Positions 25,601-33,752 of a stretch of 40,867 nucleotides of DNA are shown one piece after another. The DNA lies in assembly GCA_945902135.1 (NCBI GenBank), contig CAMDMI010000001.1:1-40867 (forward strand). Direction: 5' to 3'. Each line of letters begins with the position of its first letter. The first letter of the stretch is position 1. Source of the DNA: Spirosoma fluviale. GTDB lineage: Bacteria > Bacteroidota > Bacteroidia > Cytophagales > Flexibacteraceae. The position numbers were made by a program, and so were the translations under genes. The notes beneath the pieces are model-generated. The model ran no database searches and was not told the DNA's origin. It saw only the letters and a list, made by a program, of their open reading frames with translations.

Positions 25601-25974
25601 CGCCGGGCAGTTTCTTTTACCACAGCATAGGCTTCAGGAAGGATTTCGAGCAAAAGCTCCTCAAGCCTTTTGTTGCGGTCAAGTTCCAGTTTATCGATTT
25701 TACCGAAAAGGTTTTCTTTTTCAGAAACATTCATTTCGGGTTCTTTTTCAATTCGGGTCCGGAAGGCGTCAATGGAAGAATCTACCTCAGAAAGACCGAC
25801 AGCGATGAATTTTTTAAACTCCGCGGTCTTATCTCTCAGGTGGTCGTTACTGAGAATCTGGATTTTATTCCAGGCTTCATTTATCTTCTGTACAAAAGGA
25901 TAAAGTTCCTTCAGATCTTTTTCAGCCTTGGTACCAAAAACAGCCGAAATGGCCTTGGTAATAATGTTCAGCAT
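22603..25974 (-). CDS. secA: preprotein translocase ATPase SecA (1123 aa, long Bacteroidota form)
   Basis: MLNIITKAISAVFGTKAEKDLKEL N-terminus, Walker A EMATGEGKTLV, DEVD box MVDEVDSVLVDDARTPLIISG, and TNMAGRGTDIKL. The start is set at the ATG at 25974 rather than the track's upstream start at 26016. Confidence 0.96.
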   Translation of the reverse strand: MLNIITKAISAVFGTKAEKDLKELYPFVQKINEAWNKIQILSNDHLRDKTAEFKKFIAVGLSEVDSSIDAFRTRIEKEPEMNVSEKENLFGKIDKLELDRNKRLEELLLEILPEAYAVVKETARRFATSDGIEVSASDFDRELAANRDSIRIDGDKAFWSSTWKVAGHDLRWEMVHYDVQLIGGTVLHQGKISEMATGEGKTLVSTLPAYLNSLGGRGVHIVTVNDYLAKRDSEWMGSIYEFHGLRVDCIDRHQPNTEARRKAYQADITWGTNNEFGFDYLRDNMAHDKEELVQRRLHYAMVDEVDSVLVDDARTPLIISGPMAQGDRQDFEVLKPRILKLVEAQKALVQKLLIDAKKLLAENNEKEGGLALFRAHRGLPKYKPLIKFLSEPGIRVILQKTENIHLEDNQKKMPEADKVLYFTIDERHNSIDLAELGIDFITTSGEDPTFFILPDIGAAMAGIENDKALNPQQKIEAKDKLVSEYGEKSQRIHTIQQLLKAYCLFEKDVEYILVDGKVKIVDEQTGRVMEGRRYSDGLHQAIEAKESVKIEDATQTYATVTLQNYFRMYHKLAGMTGTAETEAGEFWQIYKLDVVSIPTNRKAVRKDAEDKVYKTVREKFNAVVEEIEILTKADRPVLVGTTSVEISELLSRMLKIRNIRHQVLNAKYHQKEAEIVSEAGKPGTVTIATNMAGRGTDIKLTDVSRNAGGLAIIGTERHESRRVDRQLRGRSGRQGDPGSSQFFVSLEDDLMRLFGSERISKLMDRMGFKEGEVIQHSMITNSIERAQKKVEENNFGIRKRLLEYDDVMNSQREVIYKRRKNALLGDRLELDIQSLIWDTCANVVESNKGGQVDFENFQLQCQHNFAFVPAIDESVFSSEKKDNLVSKLYSQVSKEYRNRCNILQQNSLPVFRQIDQEQGGRIENVVVPITDGKRFMQVSVPLKKVIENEGSQLVKTIQQQSTLIFIDQAWKEHLRDMDDLKQSVNNAVYEQKDPLLVYKFEALNLFRKFIFKVNEDLVSFILKVTIYAEDQAPQAAQPQRPAPRQEPKPQLRESRAEAPGMPEPGQEDGPPQGPKAQPVRVEKIANRNDRISVRYFNGELKRDVKYKTVEEDILANRCVIVDM

Positions 25975-26013
25975 GGTATTTTTATATGGGCTTGCATTCT
26001 TGCAAAAGGATGG

Positions 26014-26021
26014 CAAAAATA
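26014..26021 (-). promoter_or_regulatory. candidate -7 promoter box (TATTTTTG) for secA
   Basis: The minus strand reads TATTTTTG (TAnnTTTG), 40 nt upstream of the secA ATG at 25974. Confidence 0.4.
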
Positions 26022-26369
26022 GTGCAAAAAGACATGCACGATTGACGATTTTTCATGAAGTTTTCATACCGCTTATTGTAGCGCAAAGGGCCATTTATTT
26101 TGTCAAACAAGCGCATTGCACTGGAATATTGCACAAGCGCTTTCACCAACAATAAATATAAAAGAGCTTGAATAACAATTGTTTATCAATCATTTAAATC
26201 CTTATCAACTAAATAATTCATGTAATTGGTTTACATTTTTGTTCAGAAACCCGCTCTTATTTATTAAAAGGCACATACCAATGAATAAGTTGTCACACAC
26301 AAACCTTCTTTTAAATCGATATTTGCTAAAGCCCTCCCTAAATATTAAACAGTGAAACCTTCGGTTAAT

Positions 26370-28298
26370 ATGAATGCAGATGTGATGAAATTGGTCCTTG
26401 AAAGCGCAGGAGACCAGATTTTTGCTGCAGACATGGCTGGGAAGTACACTATTTTTAATGCTGCCCATAAGCGACTGATGTTGGAATGCTATGGTCAGGA
26501 AATTCAACTGGATATGGACCCTGAAACGATGGCTTGCCACCGTTTTGACAATGGAGAATTTCGTGGTGCTTGCATAAAAGCATATTCAGGAGAGTCTAAT
26601 TCGATTTTTTTTGAATTTGGAGACCCTTCCATCCGAAGATTCTGGACCCACGCAAGCTTCAACCCAATGTTCGAGGGTGGACAATTAATCGGGATAACTG
26701 TCTTTATACGGGATGCAAGCGAAAGCAAAGCCGCTGAAACCGAGCTTATGGCAGAAAAAGAAGCGGCACAGGCAGATGCAAAAGCAAAGTCTGCCTTTTT
26801 GTCTAGTATGAGCCACGAAATCAGAACACCCATGAATGCCATTTTGGGCTTGACGGAAATCCTGCTTCAGAAAAAACATGATGAAACTTCTGCGGAAAAT
26901 CTCAAGGCAATAAAATTCTCCGCCAATAACTTACTTTCCATCATCAACGACATCCTTGATTTTTCGAAAATCGAAGCCGGAAAGTTCGGATTTGAAATTC
27001 AACCTTTTGATCTCTTCCATGTGCTTGAAGAAATTAACAAAGGCATTCAAGTTTCGGCAAAGGCAAGAAACCTGGTTTATGATTTTCAAATCTCCCCATC
27101 CATCCCCCGCTTTTTCAGGGGCGACTCAGTTCGTCTTTCTCAAATTCTACTGAATCTTCTCGGCAACAGTCTGAAATTCACAAAAACAGGGCGAATCCTC
27201 CTTGGTGTAGATGTGCTAAACGAATCAGATGCAGAAATCGAAATCGAATTTAAGGTAAGTGATACTGGCATCGGAATTCCAAAAAGTCAGCTGAGCAACA
27301 TTTTCAATAGTTTCACCCAGGTCCACCGTAACAACCGTTTCAATTCTCAGGGAACAGGCCTTGGACTTTCTATAACGAAGCGCCTCGTAGAGTTGCAGCA
27401 AGGCAGCATCGAGGTAGAAAGTGAAGTTGGGAAAGGCACAGTATTTACTTTCAGACTGCGCTATTTCAAGGCCAACCAGCGGGACCTGGAACCCGAATCC
27501 GAGGGAGAGGAAATTCGCTCGAATCATTTTCAAAATCTCAAAGTGCTGGTTGTGGAGGACAATAAAATCAACCAGTTACTTGCAAAACAATTGCTTACAA
27601 GCTGGGGCGTTACGGTGGAAGTGGCGAACGATGGTTTTGAAGCCATCGCAAAACTACAGCGCCGCACCTTTGACCTAATATTGCTGGACCTTCAAATGCC
27701 GGAAATAGATGGATTTGAGGTTACCCGATTTGTAAGAAAAACAATCAAAGCGCCGGCCAATCAGATTCCAATTGTGGCCCTCACTGCAGATGCTTTCACA
27801 GAAACAAAACAACTAACCCAAAATGCCGGAATGAATGATTTCATCACGAAGCCATTCCAGCAAAAAGACCTGCTCAGGGTTTTGCGTAAATTCTCACCTC
27901 AGGATTATGAGATCAGAGAATCGGATGTTGCTGTTGAAATTGCTGAAAACCAAAGTATTGACTTTGAATTTATCAAAGATAAGTTTGGAAAAGATCCTGA
28001 AACATTTCGCTACATACTCGAAGTTTTCATTCATGACATTGCGAAGGAACTCGAATTGGTGCGCGGTTACATAGAAAAGAACGACAACCCAAATGCAGCG
28101 AAATTGGTGCACAAACTGGTTTCAACATTTTCAGCCATGGGCATGCCCGACACCGCATTTAATACAAGTCTGATTGAAAGAATGCTGAAAGGCAATGATG
28201 ACCTAATTATGATCCGTGAAAAATGGGTGCAGGTGGAAAAAGAATACAACCAGGCTTCTGAACAGGCAAAACCAGTGCTTGAAAGCCTGAACGCTTGA
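26370..28298 (+). CDS. hybrid sensor histidine kinase/response regulator (PAS - HisKA - HATPase_c - REC - HPt)
   Basis: H-box FLSSMSHEIRTPMNAILG, N-box LLNLLGNSLKFT, G-boxes SDTGIGI and GTGLGLSI. The receiver is VLVVEDNKINQ...DLILLDLQMPEIDG...ALTA. The C-terminal HPt-like helix is AAKLVHKLVSTFSAMG. The ATG at 26370 is preferred over the track's GTG at 26352. Confidence 0.9.
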   Translation: MNADVMKLVLESAGDQIFAADMAGKYTIFNAAHKRLMLECYGQEIQLDMDPETMACHRFDNGEFRGACIKAYSGESNSIFFEFGDPSIRRFWTHASFNPMFEGGQLIGITVFIRDASESKAAETELMAEKEAAQADAKAKSAFLSSMSHEIRTPMNAILGLTEILLQKKHDETSAENLKAIKFSANNLLSIINDILDFSKIEAGKFGFEIQPFDLFHVLEEINKGIQVSAKARNLVYDFQISPSIPRFFRGDSVRLSQILLNLLGNSLKFTKTGRILLGVDVLNESDAEIEIEFKVSDTGIGIPKSQLSNIFNSFTQVHRNNRFNSQGTGLGLSITKRLVELQQGSIEVESEVGKGTVFTFRLRYFKANQRDLEPESEGEEIRSNHFQNLKVLVVEDNKINQLLAKQLLTSWGVTVEVANDGFEAIAKLQRRTFDLILLDLQMPEIDGFEVTRFVRKTIKAPANQIPIVALTADAFTETKQLTQNAGMNDFITKPFQQKDLLRVLRKFSPQDYEIRESDVAVEIAENQSIDFEFIKDKFGKDPETFRYILEVFIHDIAKELELVRGYIEKNDNPNAAKLVHKLVSTFSAMGMPDTAFNTSLIERMLKGNDDLIMIREKWVQVEKEYNQASEQAKPVLESLNA

Positions 28299-28303
28299 TT
28301 TAA

Positions 28304-29824
28304 TCAGAATTGGAAATAAATAAATGGCTGACTGTCTTCTGTGCTAAACTGAAACATAAACACCAGCATACAAAAACAGAAAACGCCCAAAATCCACACT
28401 GGGACTTTTCCACAAACCTCAAAATAAAACTCCTTTGCTTTCCATGGCAGGTAATGCAAAAGAATGGCAAGGCCAAGAATTAATAAGGGCGTAGAAAATG
28501 TTTGTAAAACATCGGGAAGAACTTCTGCATTCCAAGGCATCCACAATTTCTGGAACAATGCATAAGAGGTGCTTAAATCTGCTGCTCTGAATGGTATCCA
28601 GCAAAAGGCGACAAACCAGAAAGTGACGAATCCGGCAATGATGTCAGGGATTTTTATGGATAATTTTTGCGGCAATCCCTCCCAGCCCTTATGCAAAGCA
28701 AGTGCAGAACCATGTAATCCACCCCACAAAATAAATTTCAGATTTGCCCCATGCCAGAGACCGCCTAAAAGCATTGTAATCAAAAGATTTACATAGGTCA
28801 TGGCTTTCCCTTTTCGATTTCCACCGAGCGGAATATAGAGATAATCCCGAAGCCAGACAGAAAGTGAAATATGCCAGCGCCTCCAGAAATCTGTAATGCT
28901 TAAAGCCTTATAAGGCTCATTAAAATTGGGCTTCAGGTGATAACCAAGCACAAGAGCAAGTCCAATGGCAATGTCTGTGTAACCCGAAAAATCACAGAAT
29001 ATCTGAAATGCATAGGCTGCCACCGCAAACCATGCTTCAATTCCGCTTGCAAGTTCAGGTTGCTCAAAAACCTTATCAGCCAAACCAGTGCTCAGCATGT
29101 CGGAAATGACGATTTTCTTAAAAAGGCCACCTAAAATCAGGGCGATTGCTTTGCCAAAATCTTGCCTGTTTGATTGAAATGGAGCAGAAAGCTGGTCTGT
29201 AAAATCCCGCGCCCGAACAATAGGTCCAGCCACGAGTTCTGGAAAAAAACTAACGAATACGGCGTAATCGACCCAGCTTTTCAAGGGACTTACAATGCCG
29301 CGGTACACATCAATTGTGTAACTGAGAGAATGAAATATAAAAAAGGAGATGCCAACCGGCAGTAGGATATTATCCACATGAAGTTGAAGCAAATCTTTAC
29401 AAGGCAAGATTGCTGCCACCCAATTGTAATGGGGAATTTGAAGCCCAAAACACATTTCCAGAAAATCAGCAAAAAGGAAAGCATACTTGAAATATGCCAG
29501 AACCAGAAGGTTCATTGCGATACTGATGCCAACCAGAACTTTCTTTCTCGAAGCAGTTTGATTTCGTCCTATCCATTTCGCCAGAAAAAAATCCTGGGTA
29601 ATGGTAAACAAAAGTAGAAGGACAGCCCAACCAGAGGATTTGTAATAGAAAAACAGGCTGAAAAAGAGGATATACGGATTCTTAATTTCCGTACGCTTGT
29701 AAACCAAAGCATATCCCCCTAGAAAAAGAGAGAAGAACAACCAAAACTCCCAGCCCGTAAAAATCAGCGGATTGTCTTCCCTGTATGAAAGAAAGTCGAG
29801 CAGTAAGGGAAAGTAATCAGACAA
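28304..29824 (-). CDS. MBOAT-family membrane-bound O-acyltransferase (AlgI/DltB-like)
   Basis: FWRRWHISLSVWLRDYLYIPLGGNRKG and LLGGLWHG (the conserved MBOAT histidines), in a polytopic hydrophobic sequence. No ATG lies near the N-terminus. The track start is TTG at 29824, so the start codon is uncertain. Confidence 0.88.
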   Translation of the reverse strand: MSDYFPLLLDFLSYREDNPLIFTGWEFWLFFSLFLGGYALVYKRTEIKNPYILFFSLFFYYKSSGWAVLLLLFTITQDFFLAKWIGRNQTASRKKVLVGISIAMNLLVLAYFKYAFLFADFLEMCFGLQIPHYNWVAAILPCKDLLQLHVDNILLPVGISFFIFHSLSYTIDVYRGIVSPLKSWVDYAVFVSFFPELVAGPIVRARDFTDQLSAPFQSNRQDFGKAIALILGGLFKKIVISDMLSTGLADKVFEQPELASGIEAWFAVAAYAFQIFCDFSGYTDIAIGLALVLGYHLKPNFNEPYKALSITDFWRRWHISLSVWLRDYLYIPLGGNRKGKAMTYVNLLITMLLGGLWHGANLKFILWGGLHGSALALHKGWEGLPQKLSIKIPDIIAGFVTFWFVAFCWIPFRAADLSTSYALFQKLWMPWNAEVLPDVLQTFSTPLLILGLAILLHYLPWKAKEFYFEVCGKVPVWILGVFCFCMLVFMFQFSTEDSQPFIYFQF

Positions 29825-29850
29825 AACCAGGAAAGCTTTTGGTAAAAGGC

Positions 29851-29879
29851 AAAAAAAAGCAGCCGGGTTTTCCGGCTGC
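29851..29879 (-). terminator. strong intrinsic terminator downstream of the 785-aa type-B cargo gene
   Basis: The minus strand reads GCAGCCGG-aaaac-CCGGCTGC followed by TTTTTTTT. That is an 8-bp GC-rich stem, a 5-nt loop and a T8 run. It starts 20 nt after the stop at 29899. Confidence 0.88.
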
Positions 29880-29898
29880 TAATATGACTCAGGCTGTT

Positions 29899-32256
29899 TT
29901 ATTCAGCATTAATCTGGAACCAGCTAATAAATGGCTTATTCTTTTCAGCATCCTTTGGGGTAAGGATATAATAGTAATTACCCGGCACCACATTTTGAGA
30001 TTTTGGATCCCAACCTTCTGCAGGGAAATCCCCTTCATCCACCAGTTTACCCCAACGGTTGTAAATCTTAATGGAGTACTGACCATTTGAAATACCGCGA
30101 ATGCGGAACACACGATTATTTACTGACTCCCCTTTGGTAAGTACCAGATTTGGCGGAGCACAGATTTGGGCTTTCACTGGTAATATATAAGTACATTTTC
30201 CAAGGCTGTCTTCCTTCAGGTTGTAAGTAAGAACTAAATTCTGAACAAGTGTATCAAGGAAGATGTCTTCAGGTGTATTCAAAATTTGAAGATCCCGAAT
30301 GGTATCAATAAGCCCATTCACTAAACTTGTATCCATATATTTTTCCCACTTCCAGATGTAATTACAAGATGTGCCAAGGCTGGAAAGGAACTCAGGTTTA
30401 AATGTAAGCGGATCACCTGGACAGAGATAAATTTCATTGGCAGGAGAGGCTCCATAAGTTACAACAGCTTTGGATGTATCCACACAACCATTTAATAGAT
30501 TGGTTGCAATTAACTGGTAAGTAATGGTTTCTGAAATTGCAGGATCACGCTTAATCTTCAATACCTTACTGTTACTCACCAGCGTATTTTCATCGTCCTC
30601 TACCATGTTGGAATTGGTATTGAGATTTTTCCACTCAAACAGGAAGTTGTCAGAATCTTCAGCATCGATTGCATCAAATGTGCTGTCGAGTACGGCGGTT
30701 AGCGTTACGGCTCTCTTCGGACAAACAAGTTCGGGAACAGCGGTAACTGTCAGGAATGGATTGATTCGGAATGGAATTGAATCCAATGCCACAGGATTGC
30801 CACAAAAATCACGAACAACACCATTGAGTGCCAGTTGCAGGTTGTTGAGAGAATCTTTAATCGCTCTGTTAAATGTTACAATATAAAGCGAATCAAGTGT
30901 GGTTGCAGTGCAGGTTCCACCGTTTGCCCTGCGCACTTTGGTTATCTGGCCAAAAGGCAATCCTTTGTTCAGAATAAGAAGCTTCTCCTTCTTCACAGAA
31001 TCACAATACACTTTTTTGGCAAATTGAATTTTTAGTTCTGTAATTCCGCAGGATGGATTGGCCCCAGTAATACCAAATATCAAAGGAACAGGAAACTCTA
31101 TCCGCATATTGGCTTTTGTAAACAAAACCTTGTTTCCACAAATATCCCGAATGTCTTGGGCAATGTTGATTTCAAGCGTTGTATCAGGAGAATCAGGCGA
31201 AATGGTAAAAACAAAAGAAGTGTCTTGTCCACCTGGATTACATCCACCCAACGGACTAATACTTGTAATTACGATTCCCGGTGCAAGGCCAGTCACAATA
31301 AACTTGCCTGGCTTTACAGAATCGCAACGAACTGGCTTATCAAAAGTGAGTGTAAATTGCTTGGATGCACAAACAGGATTCAGGATGGTTTTAATTTTGA
31401 TTGAATCCGTTGGAGGAGGATTTACAATGGCAGTTTGGTCATCAGGAGCTTCCAGACCACGGAAATCCACATCAAAGCCTTGTGTATTAACTGAGAAATT
31501 GTCGATGGCAAGGTAAAACAAGTCGCCTACTTTAACATCAAGAGGCTTGTTGAAACGGGTTGCAGTACCGGTAGAAAATTCGGTACCAAGGCCTGGCTCA
31601 AAAAGGCCGGTTGGTCCACGGACACCTGTCCAGTTGCAACTCGCAATTACCGATGTAGCATTGGTAAATGTAGTTGAATTGCGAATTGCCGTACAGGCAG
31701 CACCATCACCAGCAAGGGTGGCTGGGATTTTAAAGAGAAGGAAATCATAGTCTGTATTTCCGAAACTTGTAGAACCATCATCAGTAAACGGGTCGTATGC
31801 AGGCAAATCAAGAACATCTTTTGGAATAATCTTGAAACGAAGTTTACCTGCTGGAGCGCCAACTGCAGTTGGGCTTCCTGGAATATTTAAAGGACGAATC
31901 TGGAATTTAAACCAGGTGGTTCCTTTTTCGTTGTTGGAAAAACATGTATTGGCTTCACTTGGAAGCTCCGCATCCACACAACCAGGATACAAAGTTCCTA
32001 CAGGTGCCCCTTCTGGAATAACAACGCCATTTTCGATAATGTTGTAAGGAAGGCAAAGTGGAATGGCATTGCAGCAATCCTGATTAGGAAGCGGCGGCCA
32101 ATTGATTAGCGGATTTCCCTGAGAGGGACGAGTAGTCTGGAAACAGTTTGGATCTCCGGGATTTGGTGCTGGACAGGTTGTTGTACCTTGGGCATTAACA
32201 GCTCCGATTGAAACCAGGCTGAATGCAAAAGCAGATAGTATTTGTTTCAGTTTCAT
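29899..32256 (-). CDS. secreted multi-domain protein with a T9SS type-B (gliding-motility-associated, CHU_C-like) C-terminal sorting domain
   Basis: Signal peptide MKLKQILSAFAFSLVSIGAVNAQ. Cys-rich N-terminus (CPAPNPGDPNC...DCCNAIPLC). Two ~115-aa Ig-like modules share FxLxFxKPVxCDSVKxxKF...CGNxV. The C-terminus is NRVFRIRGISNGQYSIKIYNRWGKLVDEG...WDPKSQNVVPGNYYYILTPKD...ISWFQINAE. This matches the type-B CTD pattern (xFxI.G....xIYNRWGxxV...WDG...G..xxGxYYY). Confidence 0.85.
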   Translation of the reverse strand: MKLKQILSAFAFSLVSIGAVNAQGTTTCPAPNPGDPNCFQTTRPSQGNPLINWPPLPNQDCCNAIPLCLPYNIIENGVVIPEGAPVGTLYPGCVDAELPSEANTCFSNNEKGTTWFKFQIRPLNIPGSPTAVGAPAGKLRFKIIPKDVLDLPAYDPFTDDGSTSFGNTDYDFLLFKIPATLAGDGAACTAIRNSTTFTNATSVIASCNWTGVRGPTGLFEPGLGTEFSTGTATRFNKPLDVKVGDLFYLAIDNFSVNTQGFDVDFRGLEAPDDQTAIVNPPPTDSIKIKTILNPVCASKQFTLTFDKPVRCDSVKPGKFIVTGLAPGIVITSISPLGGCNPGGQDTSFVFTISPDSPDTTLEINIAQDIRDICGNKVLFTKANMRIEFPVPLIFGITGANPSCGITELKIQFAKKVYCDSVKKEKLLILNKGLPFGQITKVRRANGGTCTATTLDSLYIVTFNRAIKDSLNNLQLALNGVVRDFCGNPVALDSIPFRINPFLTVTAVPELVCPKRAVTLTAVLDSTFDAIDAEDSDNFLFEWKNLNTNSNMVEDDENTLVSNSKVLKIKRDPAISETITYQLIATNLLNGCVDTSKAVVTYGASPANEIYLCPGDPLTFKPEFLSSLGTSCNYIWKWEKYMDTSLVNGLIDTIRDLQILNTPEDIFLDTLVQNLVLTYNLKEDSLGKCTYILPVKAQICAPPNLVLTKGESVNNRVFRIRGISNGQYSIKIYNRWGKLVDEGDFPAEGWDPKSQNVVPGNYYYILTPKDAEKNKPFISWFQINAE

Positions 32257-32260
32257 TGGA

Positions 32261-32785
32261 TTAGTTGTTGGAAATGAAGCTTAGAGTGAACTTTCCGGTA
32301 AATACCTTTTCAGCCTCCGGGGTCATGGTGAATCCCAAAGCCTTGAGATCGCCGATTGTTTCAATCGAACGGGCCTTTTTTCCAGCAACTGAAATCAGAC
32401 GGAAAGATCCTTTTACTGAATTTCTTTTTTTGAAGCTGATGTTACCAGGATATGAAACAGCCTTATTGGATGGATTGGGGGAATTAACTCCATTGATTTC
32501 AAATTGAAATTTTTCCATCGCATTGGTGGTGCAGAGGTCATGAAAAACCTTTGCAGATTCACTTTCATCCTTGTTAAGGAACATGTGGTTTTTCCCGAAA
32601 AGGAAAATATTGTGGTTTCCACTGTTGTAACCGCCGTAAATGGCATCACTCGTAAGGGTAACCGTGTGCGTTATTCCCTCGAGTTTCAAAATCGCTTTCC
32701 AACTTTCAGAAGCAGGTGCTGGTGTAAAGGCGGAAGCCAGCCAAAATAGGGCTGGAATCAGGTAGGTGCTGGCCTTTTTAAACAT
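32261..32785 (-). CDS. hypothetical secreted protein (174 aa)
   Basis: Signal-like N-terminus MFKKASTYLIPALFWLASAFTPAPA. The stop lies 4 nt before the start of the type-B cargo gene. I recognise no family motif. Confidence 0.55.
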   Translation of the reverse strand: MFKKASTYLIPALFWLASAFTPAPASESWKAILKLEGITHTVTLTSDAIYGGYNSGNHNIFLFGKNHMFLNKDESESAKVFHDLCTTNAMEKFQFEINGVNSPNPSNKAVSYPGNISFKKRNSVKGSFRLISVAGKKARSIETIGDLKALGFTMTPEAEKVFTGKFTLSFISNN

Positions 32786-32802
32786 AAAAGATTGATTGAT
32801 TG

Positions 32803-33594
32803 TTAAATATAGAACTTTTTGATTCTCTGTATAAATTGTTCAACCATGAACAGTGTTTCCTTTTCCCATTCGATCATTCCCATATGGCCGGTGTTGTTGA
32901 GAATGTGAATCGTACTGTAGCTTGGCAAAGAGTACTGTGCCTGACTACCTTGAAAAGGAATCGCAATGTCGTTTTTTCCGACAATAAACAAAATTGGACA
33001 ATGGCTTTTTTCGAGGACTCGGGTACGGTCTTTCCTGTCCCGCATGGCTCGAATTGATTCGATTACACTGGTTTTTGCCGCTCTTTTACCCATTTCAACG
33101 ATTTTTCTAATATCCTCGAGAAAATCTTTTCTACGGCCTTCAAAAAAAAGTGGCGGTACAAATTCTTCGACGAATTCCTCCGTTCCGTATCTTTCAATGA
33201 AGTCTATCGTCTTGTCCCGGGCCTGCTTTTTTTCCGAAGAATCGGCATAGGCAGTGGAATGAAAAAGTCCAAGTCCCTTGAGTCGGGACGGAAATTTTTC
33301 GCAAAATGCAAGTGCAACATAGCCACCCATGCTGTGGCCAATCATAATACATTGCTCAACCCCAATGGCTAAAATTGTGTTGTAAACCTGTTCAGCCATA
33401 TCGGCAATGGTCAATGGAGACTCCAAAGGAGGATTTCCTCCAAAACCAGGAAGGTCCATCAAAATTACCCGGCAAACAGAACTGAGGGGCTCCAGGAAAT
33501 TTTCCCAGATCTCCCTAGTTTCACAAAAACCATGTAAAAACACCACAGGCAGGCCTTTTCCCGCTTCAATAAATGATAGATTCTGACCAGACAT
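32803..33594 (-). CDS. alpha/beta-fold hydrolase
   Basis: VVFLHGFCETREIW (oxyanion HG), the nucleophile elbow GHSMGGYVA, and a C-terminal NTGHMGMIE histidine. 263 aa with no signal peptide. Confidence 0.85.
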   Translation of the reverse strand: MSGQNLSFIEAGKGLPVVFLHGFCETREIWENFLEPLSSVCRVILMDLPGFGGNPPLESPLTIADMAEQVYNTILAIGVEQCIMIGHSMGGYVALAFCEKFPSRLKGLGLFHSTAYADSSEKKQARDKTIDFIERYGTEEFVEEFVPPLFFEGRRKDFLEDIRKIVEMGKRAAKTSVIESIRAMRDRKDRTRVLEKSHCPILFIVGKNDIAIPFQGSQAQYSLPSYSTIHILNNTGHMGMIEWEKETLFMVEQFIQRIKKFYI

Positions 33595-33752
33595 GAATAT
33601 TTACCCTGTGTTACTCAAATATTAAGAGTACGCAAACTTAAGAATTTCAGAGAATATGAGGGAAAAAACAAAACGGTCAGATTCGCTGTGCTTTCTTTTG
33701 AAGAAGATTAATAAACTTTACACCCGATTATAGGTTTTTTTCTAATAAAATA

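Noticed and set aside
23386-26022. Long plus-strand ORFs (213 aa at 23386..24027, 191 aa at 25447..26022, and several 60-80 aa ones)
   Set aside because: They are antisense to secA, whose reading frame is unambiguous. They have no motifs and a low-complexity or odd composition typical of antisense frames.
26205-26540. 111-aa minus-strand ORF spanning the secA/histidine-kinase intergenic region
   Set aside because: It overlaps the 5' end of the histidine-kinase CDS in antisense and lies in very AT-rich DNA. Its sequence is Cys/His/Phe-rich noise with no signal or motif.
28296-28306. Palindrome TGATTTAATCA formed by the convergent stop codons of the histidine kinase and the MBOAT gene
   Set aside because: This is a trivial consequence of two facing TGA stops 5 nt apart. 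The stem is too short to be a functional terminator.
32789-32801. (GATT)3 microsatellite in the 17-nt spacer between the hydrolase and the 174-aa gene
   Set aside because: Three units is too short to argue for slippage-based regulation, and it is non-coding. It is noted only for completeness.
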